A DNA stretch of 62,976 nucleotides, filler included, from Reclinomonas americana ATCC 50394 (taxonomy: Eukaryota): assembly GCA_048213135.1 (NCBI GenBank). It is 4 parts of 3 records of this genome, joined end to end, with 100 filler letters (N's around TTAATTAATTAA, not from the genome) between each part and the next. Parts side by side here need not be neighbours in the genome. Positions count along the whole stretch, not along the records: positions 24,202 to 48,863 come from PS015293.1; 3 more parts are not named here. One strand, given 5' to 3'. Below are positions 35,067 to 46,759 of this stretch, in pieces. A program made the translations under genes and the position numbers. Positions within the stretch are counted from its first letter, which is position 1. The number at the start of each line of letters is the position of its first letter. The notes under the pieces were generated by a model. It was given only the letters and a program-made list of their open reading frames with translations, was not told the origin of the DNA and did not search any database.

Positions 35067-38000
35067 TTAATGGTCGCCGCCCTCAAACGTGCCTGTGCCA
35101 ATCGAGTGAGAAACAAGATCACCCTCATCACATGGCACAGTGAGTGACAAACCGTACGGAGCACTGGCAGTGGCACCAGCACCAGCAGCAGCAGCAGCAG
35201 GAGCACCGCGACTGCGGCCATTCGAGGACGTCGGAGCCGAGTCTCCCGCATCGCCGCCACCACGCAGCTGCTTCTTGATCAGTGTGGCAAACAGGCCGTT
35301 GCGGCGCTCCAGGTCGTCGTAGGTGCCGTGCTCGACCACTTGGCCGTCTGCGGATAGTGGTGAGAGAGTGGCGACGACAAAGCAGAAATCACACCGAGAA
35401 CATGCCTTGCATCACAAACAGCACATCGCAATCGCGCACCGTAGACAGACGATGAGCGACTGTGTAGCACCACCCACACGTGAGTTTCACAGATCACACA
35501 AGCCACGATGATGACTGCGGTGGTCGCACGCAACTGATAATCGACGTGCGATCGACCATGAGGCGATTGAGTGCGTCTTGCACCAGAGCCTCGCTTTCAG
35601 CGTCCAGAGAGCTCGTGGCCTGTGTTTGGTAAGATGAGCACCAGTCGTTAACAACCAAAATGATGACAACGTCACCTCGTCGAGCAGCAGAATCGCTGGG
35701 TTCTTCAAAATCTGCGGGCGGCGAGCATGATAAGCAAAGTAGTGCCGGACTCACACAAACACTGATACGTACCGCACGAGCAATGGCCACACGCTGCTTC
35801 TGACCGCCAGAGAGCTGCAGACCGCCCTCGCCGACCATGGTGTCGTAACCGAGCCTGGAGGGGGAGATCAATGAAGAATCAGGCGTGGGTTCGGTTAACA
35901 AGCAGGCTGTGCGTGACACACGCAACTGCTGCTGCATGATGAAATCGTGGGCGTTCGCACGGCGTGCGGCCTCCACCACCTGCTCATGCGACGCATCCAG
36001 CATGCCGTAGCGAATGTTGTCGGCAATCGTGCCCGAGAACAGCGTCGGCTCCTGCGACACGATGCCGATGCGATCGCGCAGCGACGGAAGCGAGTACGTG
36101 CTGCGCGTGCGTGTGGGAAATGAGTTCTCTGACCAATTGCGGACGACGTCAAGCACAGGGAGACGCACCGCAGATCGCGGCCGTCCACGCGCAGGCTGCC
36201 GGAGCGCGGATCGTAGAAACGCTCGAGCAGCGCAAACACCGTGGACTTGCCGGAGCCCGACGGTCCCACCAGAGCCACACGCTGGCCACCGCGCACCTCG
36301 AAATTCAGTCCACGCAGCACCGCCGTGTCGGGACGCTGCATGAAATCGTCAAACGCGGCGGAAGCAACAGACACACACACACACGCGCGCACGCTCGACG
36401 CAACAGTCGGATAGTTGAAAGTTACCGCGTGCAAGTCAATGTCGCCACGCAGGTTCTCGGCACGCACACCGTTGAGGTTCGGGTCCACCAGCGGCTCACG
36501 GTCAATGACCTCGAAAAGCGCAGCGGCAGCCGCACGGCCCTTGGCAAAGTCTGCATTTCGAGTAACGCGACGTGATCAGTTGGTGCGAGCGCAGTAGCGA
36601 CAAAAAAGAGNNNNNNNNNNNNNNNNNNNNNNNNNNNNNNNNNNNNNNNNNNNNNNNNNNNNNNNNNNNNNNNNNNNNNNNNNNNNNNNNNNNNNNNNNN
36701 NNNNNNNNNNNNNNNNNNNNNNNNNNNNNNNNNNNNNNNNNNNNNNNNNNNNNNNNNNNNNNNNNNNNNNNNNNNNNNNNNNNNNNNNNNNNNNNNNNNN
36801 NNNNNNNNNNNNNNNNNNNNNNNNNNNNNNNNNNNNNNNNNNNNNNNNNNNNNNNNNNNNNNNNNNNNNNNNNNNNNNNNNNNNNNNNNNNNNNNNNNNN
36901 NNNNNNNNNNNNNNNNNNNNNNNNNNNNNNNNNNNNNNNNNNNNNNNNNNNNNNNNNNNNNNNNNNNNNNNNNNNNNNNNNNNNNNNNNNNNNNNNNNNN
37001 NNNNNNNNNNNNNNNNNNNNNNNNNNNNNNNNNNNNNNNNNNNNNNNNNNNNNNNNNNNNNNNNNNNNNNNNNNNNNNNNNNNNNNNNNNNNNNNNNNNN
37101 NNNNNNNNNNNNNNNNNNNNNNNNNNNNNNNNNNNNNNNNNNNNNNNNNNNNNNNNNNNNNNNNNNNNNNNNNNNNNNNNNNNNNNNNNNNNNNNNNNNN
37201 NNNNNNNNNNNNNNNNNNNNNNNNNNNNNNNNNNNNNNNNNNNNNNNNNNNNNNNNNNNNNNNNNNNNNNNNNNNNNNNNNNNNNNNNNNNNNNNNNNNN
37301 NNNNNNNNNNNNNNNNNNNNNNNNNNNNNNNNNNNNNNNNNNNNNNNNNNNNNNNNNNNNNNNNNNNNNNNNNNNNNNNNNNNNNNNNNNNNNNNNNNNN
37401 NNNNNNNNNNNNNNNNNNNNNNNNNNNNNAATGAAGTGAGTGAGTGAGGGTGAGCTGCTGTGGGTGACGTCCACACAACACCGACGCACCAGCACAGCAC
37501 GGAAGTAGAGCAAGCGCAGCTCGTGCACCAAGTTGGCACCGACCATGGACCAGCACGCCACTTGAATGCTGCGCACTGTGGACGTGAGGATGGATGAGAG
37601 GAGAGAGTTATGAATTGCAGCGTCACGCAACTAGGCCAGGAGGAAGCAGCCGCCGCCAATGATCAAGAACAGATACGCCGCCCATTCCGTGTCGTGGCGC
37701 AGCTTGTTCTGTTGCCGACGAGTGAGCACGCGGACGAGGATGAGAAGTGGTGCGGGAATGCATGCAACAAGAAACCTTGTCGGGGTCAAACATCGAGTTG
37801 AAGAGATGGCCAAACTGAGTACAGCAGCAAAAGCGCGATCAGAAGCGGAGCGATCAATAGGTATAAAGAGAAGCGACACACGAAACGACAATCGAAAATG
37901 CCGGCAGTGCGCCACCCTGACACAAGGCAGCTGCGCACGGAGAAATTACCACATGGTCAAACAGAGAAAAATGAGCCTCGAGATCACGCGGCGGCATGAA

Positions 38001-38420
38001 GCAGACACAAAGGGAAGCAAGCAATGGAGAAGAGCGGAGGAGAGAGTTGCACAAAGACAGGGAGGGAAAATGGAAGACTGATGACTGCATCATGATGCAA
38101 TGCAGTCAAACAAATTGCAATGCATGCATTCTCCGACTCTGCTGCTGCTGCTGCTGTTGCATGTGTGCGTGCGCTGTGCACATGTGCGCGTGAATGTGTG
38201 CGTGTGTGCGTGACTCACCGACAGCTCCAACGAAAATGCGCCACGCCTCACTGCGCTTGAGTCCATACACACGCGACAGTGGCACCACCTTGCGCTTCTC
38301 CTCCGGTCGCTCCACCAGCACACCGGCTGCTCCTGCCGCCGCAGCGGGTGTCGATGAAGAAGTGGTGGTGGAGTTGATCAGACGCGCGGTCTCTGTCTTC
38401 CCAGTGCTTCCTTTGCTCAT
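35067..38420 (-). CDS. ABCB (P-glycoprotein-like) transporter, apparently one TMD plus one NBD
   Basis: [51 protein letters not shown] and IAHRLST. The TMD is partly within the N gap; the 3' end is approximate. Confidence 0.92.
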
Positions 38421-38930
38421 GGTGATGATGATGAGGAGTGGATGATTGAGGACGCGGATGGATTGTGTGTTGGATGTCTCTCTTCTCCTCTCTCGCACGT
38501 GCGTGTGTGGATGTGACAAACGTGACAATATTCGTGATGCAGTGCGTGACCGAACGCAGTCAGACCCATTTTGTATTATTAGCTGATGCAGACTGTTGGT
38601 CCGTGCTGCATCAACATCATCGCAGCTGTGTTGCTCTCTTGTCTCGCAGCGCAGACGTCGACGAGTAGTGCGTATTGTCGACGTCGATGTCGACGTCGAC
38701 GTCGACTGCATCATGATTGCAGTGTTGCTGCTGCTGCTGCTTGTCACGTGGGGAGGACTACGTCCACATGCAGCATGCCATCCTTGTGCATGTGGAGGTT
38801 CACACAGCACGGCATGTGAGTTCGAAGTTCATCGCGATCGGCGGACAGCAATCACCTCTTCTCTGACGACAGCACTGGCGCACACACACATCACATCGCA
38901 CGCTGTTGTTGTCGTTGTTGTTGCGAATCC

Positions 38931-40386
38931 ATGGCAAACCCACTCAGCGACGAAGGTCCGCGCTCTTGTGTGTCTTGGCGAGTTCAGTTTCTCCGCTCAC
39001 ACTCACTCACTCTCACTCTCTCTGACACGCAGAGTACTTTCGGTACCGCGAGGCGCTGCTCGAGTATGGCGTCAGCGAGCTGATCCGCGACGACAAGCGC
39101 ACACCCTACACTGTCTTGTATGATTTCGGTGAGAGTGTGTGTGAGAGTGTCTATCTTCCTCCCTCTCTCTTACTCACCCCTGAGACACGCAGTGAGCAAG
39201 TGGGGTCTCAGTCCGCACATGGAGAGCTTCCTCAAGCTGGAGATCCAGCAGCTGGCGTTCTGGGTCGAGATGTTTATGCGCGCTGGATTTAATGGTTGAT
39301 CCACTCACTATCCTCCGCCCTTCTTCAAACCCCCTCTCTCTCACACACACCTCTCGCGATCGCAGGGGAGCGACTGTGTGGGATGGTGGGATGGGTGTTT
39401 GGTCAGCAGCTGGATGCGTCGCAGACCTCCAACGTGTACACGCTGTATGAGCAGCTGTACGCGGCGGATCCGCGACTGCAGCTGCGGCAGACCGAGGCCA
39501 TGCTGCTTCTCAAGTACATTGGACCGCTGGAGCCGTTGCCGCACGATGGGCCTGATCCGCGCGAGGTGCAGCGTGCGCAGGAGATCATCCGAGAGAGTGA
39601 GGCGCTGACCGCGCGAGTGAGCGACCTGCGGAAGCAGGAGGCAGAGTTGAGGCGTCAAGTGCAACAGCATCGCGACCGTCTCGATGTCGACGACATTAAC
39701 GCCGACGTTGATGGTGGCGACGACGACGGGCGCGGGGGTGCGCCAAGTAACGTGTACGACGTCGATCGCGGCGTGGTTGCACCACGCCACGACGCTGGTG
39801 CGTCGGCGTCGGTGCGGGCCGCTGTGCGCACGGGTGCTGTTGCAGGAGCCGCGTCTCCGCCGTTGAGTAGGCCGATGATGTGAGTTTCTAATATACCACG
39901 CACACGTGTCGTCGCTTACGCAACGGAGCCCCGCACGCGCACAGGTCGAATCGGCACGGCTCGAACCCTTTCAACAAGAACCTTTCGATCGCGGATGCGC
40001 ACGACGTGGCCGTGTATGGCACCATTGAGCAGATCAGCACACTGGGCGAGCTCATCTTCCGTCGCGATGAGCACGGCGACATCTGGGGCCTGTACACTCG
40101 GCGCGGCGACAAGCAGACGCGCTCGCTCTACGCACTGGAGCCCTCGCGACTGCAGGATGCGATCAGCCACTGCCGCAGCCTGGGTATCGACACAGACGAC
40201 CGCCGGCGCTTCAAGTTCGTGTACGGGCGCTACCAGAGCCACATCGGCGTCAACCTCCCCACAGGCAAGGGCTACTACATTCGCGTGTCGTTCCCGTGGG
40301 AGGACGCGGCCAGCGGTGCGGTCGGTGGTGCTGCTGCGCTAGTGGCAGCCGGCGCCGTGGGCGCAGCGGCGTCGGGATCACGCTGA
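38931..40386 (+). CDS. Hypothetical two-domain protein with central coiled coil
   Basis: Five exons joined in frame by GT-AG introns (last intron 39880-39943); no family recognised. Confidence 0.7.
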
Positions 40387-40463
40387 GCGACAGCACGTGT
40401 GTCGCTGTCTGCTTGTAAAAAAAGAAACAAACACGAACAACAACTCCTCCTCCATTTCATTGA

Positions 40464-41179
40464 CTACACGAGCCGCCCGACGTATGTGACGCCGGGGTAG
40501 CGCTGCTTCAGGCGCTCCCATTGCACAAAGAAGCGATCACAGACCGGGTACAGCAGACGGCCCGTCAACGACAAGGACCGCACGCGACACACGCTCTCCA
40601 CGTACAGCAAGTAGGTGGTGGCGCGCAGCACGCCCAGCAAGCGCAACAGATACGCCACCACCACCAACGGCACACACGTACCCGGTCCGTTGGTGATGAT
40701 GGCGTCGGGTCGCGTCCGCCACAGCAGCGGCACCACATCCCACGTCGATCGCAACGTGCTTATCACCGACGTCACGTACGACTGACCGACCTCACGCGAC
40801 CGTCGAATGCGAATGAATGGAGTGTCGGCACTGATGAGCTGCTCCTGTCGCGGTCAGCCACTGCCAGAGACAGAGATGCAGGGCAGCGAGGCCAGCCAGC
40901 ACGCACCTCCAGTCTCGCGCGCACCGTGTTCTCTGAGGTGACATCGGTCTCGCCCATCACAAACGTCACTCTGTACTTGCCTGCGGGCTGCTGCAGCATG
41001 GACCGCAGAAGCACCATCATCTCTCCTGTGTGGCCACCCGAGCCCAGAAACACCAGCAAGTGACAACTCGACGATTCCCGACGTGAGCGCGCGCGACGAA
41101 TCCACATCATGCGCAGCGCGATCAGCGGGAGCAGCACTAGTGCAGCAGTGTATGTGGCGCCCAACACAGACTGCCACAT
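40464..41179 (-). CDS. ALG14: UDP-GlcNAc transferase subunit ALG14
   Basis: VFLGSGGHTGEM, IRRSREVGQS, ITNGPGTCVP, YVESVCRV.SLSLTG, FFVQW; one intron. Confidence 0.95.
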
Positions 41180-41201
41180 GGCAAACAAATGTCCTTCATC
41201 G

Positions 41202-41215
41202 AAGTGACGTCACTT
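41202..41215. promoter_or_regulatory. 14-bp palindrome AAGTGACGTCACTT (CRE/ATF-like core) in a bidirectional promoter
   Basis: Perfect inverted repeat near the middle of the 66-nt gap between the ALG14 and RMI1 start codons. Confidence 0.5.
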
Positions 41216-41245
41216 TCGCGCGCGGGACCCCAGTTGAAGTTTGCC

Positions 41246-43401
41246 ATGGCCGCCGAAGTGCATGCGGCCTTGGAGGTGGCATACCCGGGCCTGCGTGTGC
41301 GTGCAGAGTGGGTGCGACAGTGTGTGGCGTGGGCGCGTGATCGCCCGCAGCCGCCCACGCAGTTGAATGACTGGGTCAAGGTGCTCTTGTCACACACTGT
41401 CACTGTGTCTGTCTGTCTCTCACTCACGCACACGCACACGCAGCTTGTGTTCTCGTGTGTGCTGGCCGCCGACATGAACGAGATGGGAGGCGGGTGTCTG
41501 CCACTGCGACTCTGCGACATGCACAATGTCGTGCTGGCGGGTCCGTTTGTGGTGCAGATTGATGAGATGATCGATGTGGCGCAGAGTCACATGGAGATGG
41601 TGGCGGCGGTCACTGGCGAGGAGGATGAGTCGGAGGAGATGCTGGCCAATCTGGGACCGGCGATTGTCGAGGCGGCGGCTGGTGCGGGAAGGGGAGGAGC
41701 TGGGCGAGGAGGAGGAGGTGGGAGAGGGAGAGGTGGTGCTGCTGCTGCGGCCGCTGCGGCGGCTGCGAATGTGGGTCGACGGCGATTGCTGAAGGTGTCG
41801 CTGACGGACGGGTGCACGCGGGTGTTTGGCATGGAGCTGCGAGTGTGCCCGGCGCTGTCGGCCGAGCTCACGCCGCCCGGCACCAAGATCGTTCTGCGAC
41901 AGGTGCGCGTGCGACGCGGCATGTTGTTGTTGACGCACCAAGTGCTCGAGGTCTGTCTTTCTATGCGAGAAGGGAGAGAGCTGTGGCGCTGAATCGCGGT
42001 GTGCAGGTGCTCGGTGGTCGGGTGACGCGACTGTTGGAGGCCGAGGAGCGTTCTAAACGAGCGTTCATTCGTGGCATCAAGGGTCTGCCGGACGAGGTGC
42101 CCGACGATGATGGGCAGGTGAATGCACCTCCTCCTGCGGTTGCCGCAGCGGCACCAGCACCGGTGCCGCCACCTGCGCCGCCGCCACCACCACCACCTCC
42201 ACCGGTTGTGGCGAGACCGCCTGCCGCCGCCGCAGCTGCTGTTCCGATGGATGATGACGAGTTTGCGGACTTGGATCCTGCGGGCGATGTGGACCTCTTT
42301 GCTGGTGACGGTGAGTCGGTGTGCATGTGTCTCCTCTCCCGTGCGTGTGCATGCTCGCTCACGCGTTTGACTGCGACAGACTACGACCTCATGATGATGG
42401 CTGTGGACGATCTACCACCACCGTCGCCTTCCCCTCCACGCCGATTACCACCTCCTCCTCCGCCTCCTCCACCACCGCCACCACCACCATCTGTGGCTGT
42501 TGGTGCTGTGAGGCATGCTGCGAGTGGCAGCAGTGGTGGTGCTGTCGTGCAAGTGGCGTTTGAGCAAGAAGCAGCGTTGCCGGTGGGCATCACACCGCGA
42601 AGGTTGGTTGTACCATGCGTGCCGGCCCCTCAGTGTACTCTTCCGCTCACCTCCGTGCGTGCAGAAGGAAGCGCTTCCAGGCTGTGGACGCCTCTGACGG
42701 CGAGGACGGTCGAGACGAGGATGGAGAGGCGAGTGGCAGACCCGCAATGTCGGCTGCTGCTCCGCTCGTCGGCCGTCGTGTCGCCAGCGAGCAAGGCATT
42801 TTCCGCCGACCGTACACACGCATCGCCACCATTCGCACGATGGGCGACGAAGCGATTCGGTTAATGACGGCCGCGGACGCCGCCGAAGTGCTGGTCAAGG
42901 TCGGGAGCGAGCGAAAATCCTCCGTGCAGAACTTGCTGCTCATCAGTGTGTGTGTGCCCCCACAGGCCAGCATCACATCGTCGGTTCCCGACAATGCTCG
43001 GCAGCAGGTGCTGCGCATCCGTGTGAACATCTCCGACGGCACAGGCATCCTCACCGTGGCTGTCTCACCGCGGGTGCGCGTCGCAGCTTCCTCAGCCATT
43101 TTTTTCGTTTGCCCCTCACTGCGTCTCCAGATCCTGGAGCAATGGACCGGCGTGCCATTTGAGCAGATCAATACGGAACGCAGCAAGTTCATCGGCATCA
43201 TTCTGCAGCACGTCAAGGGCGGCGCCGAGGGCGTCATGCACGTGACGTACTCGCTCGCCGACAAGAGTTACATCCGCCAACTTCTCCTTGCATATCTCTT
43301 TTCGTCTCATCGCGAAGCCATCATCAGTGTTTGTGCTGGAGGGTATAAGACCAGTGGCGGCGGAGGATACAGCGGCCCTTCTCGACCTCCTCGAGCGGTG
43401 A
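41246..43401 (+). CDS. RMI1: RecQ-mediated genome instability protein 1
   Basis: RAEWVRQCV, GPFVVQIDEMIDV, RLLKVSLTDG..VFGMELR and PPGTKIVL..VRRGMLLL..VLGG; C-terminal OB motif ISDGTG. Confidence 0.9.
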
Positions 43402-43472
43402 TTAATGAACGTAGTAGTTGCATGAAACCGCATCGCATCGAGTCCTGTCCCACTCCATCGCGATCGCCGGCG

Positions 43473-44459
43473 ATGAGGCTGCTCGGTGGCACCGCCCTCG
43501 ACATTGAGGCCATCACCGCCGAGAACCGAGGTACACACCCTCCTTCACACACTCAGCAATCACCGCTCATCGTCCCCACACACACGCAGAAGCGGTGATC
43601 GAGCGGTTCCGTTCGCATTATCTGCCCAAGCGCACACCGGTGATCTACACGGGTCTGCTGGAGGTGGACGACTGGCCAGCACGGGAACACTGGCAAGATC
43701 TGGCATACTTTGCACGGCGCTGGGGCGACGTGCATGCGCCACTGTCGCGTCTCGCCGACAAGTTCTCTCATCCTCCGTGGACCGAGGACGTCAAGTGGCC
43801 ACTCTCGCGCTTCCTCGACACACTGCAGGAGCCAGTGGAGGAGGTCGACGGCAAGCAGATCTACTACTACCTGCAGCAGCAGTCAGTGTCGGTGTTTCCC
43901 GGCCTGGTCGACGACATCCGAGTGCCGCCGTTCATGCCCAACGACGGCCAAGACCAAGACGACGCCGCCTCGCTGCAGTACAACTCGGTGTTCATCGGCT
44001 GCGAGGGCATCATCACCTCGATCCACTACGACCAGCCTCTGGTGCACAACCTCTTTGCGCAGGTCGCCGGCGAGAAGCGCTTCCGTATGTGGGCGCCGGA
44101 GATGGGCTACCACATGAACACCTTCCGCGATCCGGACCGCGTACAATGGTGGCACGTCTCGCAGATCCACCACGCCGAGGACCTCCCACCCGAGGTGCAA
44201 TTGGCGTCGGATTTTGTGCTCGAACCCGGCGAGCTCCTGTTCATCCCGAAGGGCTGGTGGCATCAAGGTGAAGGAAGACACGTGTATGGTGCATTTTGCC
44301 GTATCTCATACCATTCCACACTGCATGCAGTGTCTATCGTCAGTCCGACAGCTGTCAGGTGAGGCCGGCCCGGCAAGACGACGAAACGCACCACGCAATT
44401 CGTAATAACTCTTTGCTTGCTTGCTTGCTTTCATCAGCACCAATTTCTGGTACCGCTAA
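43473..44459 (+). CDS. JmjC/cupin_8 2OG oxygenase (JMJD5/TYW5/FIH-like)
   Basis: PVIYTG..WPA..W, TSIHYD..HNLFAQVAGEKRF, LEPGELLFIPKGWWHQV..STNFWY. Alternative in-frame ATG at 43422. Confidence 0.92.
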
Positions 44460-44721
44460 ACTTGCAAACGAGCGAGCAAGCAAGCAGGCGAGACAAGACA
44501 TGCGCTGGCCTTCCATTCTACAGCGCCCAACATCTGCGACACACGCAGCAGACAAGAGACAACTTTGTGAAATTGGACACTGACCGTTCATCAGCACGCG
44601 CCTGACGCCCTGATTCGATTTCTCTTTTCACGCACCTGCAGAACGCGCAGAGACACGCACTTGAGCAACAACACACAACTGCGCGCTTGTGCGTTTCACA
44701 CAATCCTCACACACATACACA

Positions 44722-46196
44722 ATGTCGTGGCGTCGCGCCTTGTCAGTGGCCACCACTGGCATGCCCTCCACAACATCATCGTCATGCTCTCCGAGCTCGC
44801 CTCTCTCTCCGGCCTCCTCCGTGGCCAGCTCCCACCACGCACTCTTCACCATGCTCATTGTGTGCGTCTCACTACTGGTGGTGTGCATGGGCACCACGGA
44901 TCGCCGCAGTTGCGCCCCGCCTGTCGACTGCCGATCCACCACCCCTCGCTTCAACTCAATTCTCTCATTCATCCAGGTCCCGATGGCTCCATGCCGCCAG
45001 TGGTCGTCCGCGCGTCTGTGTCGCAGTTGACAGGGCGAGTGAGTGTGGAGGTGCATGAGCTGCTGCACACGCCCTTTGCGGTGCCTGTGAGTGAGGGCAC
45101 TGCGGAGGACCGCAAGTCGCGTGTGTTGGCGCTCGCGGATATGTCGCGCTTGGCGTATGAGCTGTCGTCGTATGGGAGTCGCAAGTCGACTGCTGCAGAA
45201 GAGGAGGACGAAACGACTTCAGTGCATGCGGTTGTGTTTCAGCGGCACTCGGCAGTGACGATTGCGTTTCGTGGGACCTCGTTTGAGTCGAGTGGAGTGC
45301 TGCAGCAGTTGCAGTCGGGCGTGGAGGTGAGCCTGTCTCGCCTTGCTTTCTTCCGCCTCGTCGCGCGCTTACCTTAAAGGCTTTCCAGCTGTTCACGTGT
45401 CCGTCGGCGTTGACGTGCCCCGTAGTGTGCACGGTGCAGACGGTGATTACGAGGGCGGCGGGTGGCACCGAGGAGGGATCGGTGGGCGGGTGCTCGACAG
45501 AGTGCTTCCAGCGGTATGTGCGCACGGATCCGGGATCGGTGTTCAATGTGGCGCGAGCGGTGGTCGATGAGGTGCTGCAGCGTCTCGAGCCCACGTCGGT
45601 CACCTTTACCGGTGAGGAAAGAGAGAAGGAGAGAGTGGAAGGAGAGAGGAAAGCATGCTCATGGTGGTGGTCGTTGTTGCAGGTCACTCGCTGGGTGGTG
45701 GACTGGCGTCGTTGATGGCGCTGCAGTATGGTCATCCCGCGGTGGTGTTCGCCTCGCCGCCCGTACGTCGCTACGCCAAGGCCGCGGGGTTGTCACTGGC
45801 GCAGGAGTCGAAACTCATCACCAATTTCCTCGACCGCCACGATGTGATCTCGTGGGGAGACGGCTCGCTGCGCACGTCGTGCCACGCCGGCCTGGTGTGT
45901 GTGTACCAGCCGTCGCTGATTCCGGGCAGCATGCACCACGAGATCACGCACATGCGCAACTTGGTGGCCTCCAATGGCGTGCCGTCGGTCACCAGCGGTT
46001 GCAACAGTCGCTATGGTGCGTCCGTCGTCGCCTGTGGTTGTCTCCCCGAAAATCTCACGCGCATGCCACAGATGCCAGCCAGCAACGCAATGCGTGCTGC
46101 TACTACGCCGAAGACTCGTGCTCCGACTGCAAGACACGAGGGGGCGGCGACGGCGCCGACATGCTCGGCTCGTTGATATCGGGCCTCTTCTCGTAG
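44722..46196 (+). CDS. ATG15: Class 3 lipase, ATG15-like
   Basis: N-terminal hydrophobic anchor; LADMSRLAY, IAFRGTS, TGHSLGGGLASL, PAVVFASP, TSCHAGLVCVY, HEI, CSDC. Confidence 0.75.
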
Positions 46197-46759
46197 ACAC
46201 TAGTATTCTGTTTTCTGTGTATTTTGTGTTTGTTTTTTAGCTAGAAAAAAGAGTGAGAAGGGACTGCCGGCCGTCCACATGCGCATCGTGCCACCGCACA
46301 CCGCAGCACCCACCCGGGACCGCGTGTGCGCGCGGGGCCGATTGACCATTGGGCCGACGTTCCTTGAGAGGGAGAGCGAGGGAGAGAGAGAGAGGGTGTG
46401 GAATTCTGTTTTGTGTTATTCTTGTGTTGTTGATGCTGTTAATCTTTGTGCTTCTTTGTCGCGGGCGCGGTTAGGTCCGCGGTCGTCAATGAATGAATGT
46501 ATGCCTCGACGTCGTGGTCGGAGAATTTTGTGTCCTGACCACTTAATCGTCACCGACCGACCCCGTCTTGCGCTTCAGAGAGCCACACGTAGCCCGGAAA
46601 CACACACAGAGAGAGCACACTCTTTCTCTCCTCCTCCTTCTCCCTCTCACTCTCTTGCACAAGAGAAATCACGCACTCAGTGAGTGAGTGTCTCAGGTTC
46701 ACATCGCTTTCAGACACACAACCATCAACGCGCACACACACACACTCTGCGTGTGAGAG

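Noticed and set aside
36404..37631. Non-canonical TT-starting introns (cut after the G of GTTGCG)
   Set aside because: This would destroy YPTRPD and TGDN, create a TAG stop and lose the AG acceptor. GT-AG fits every case.
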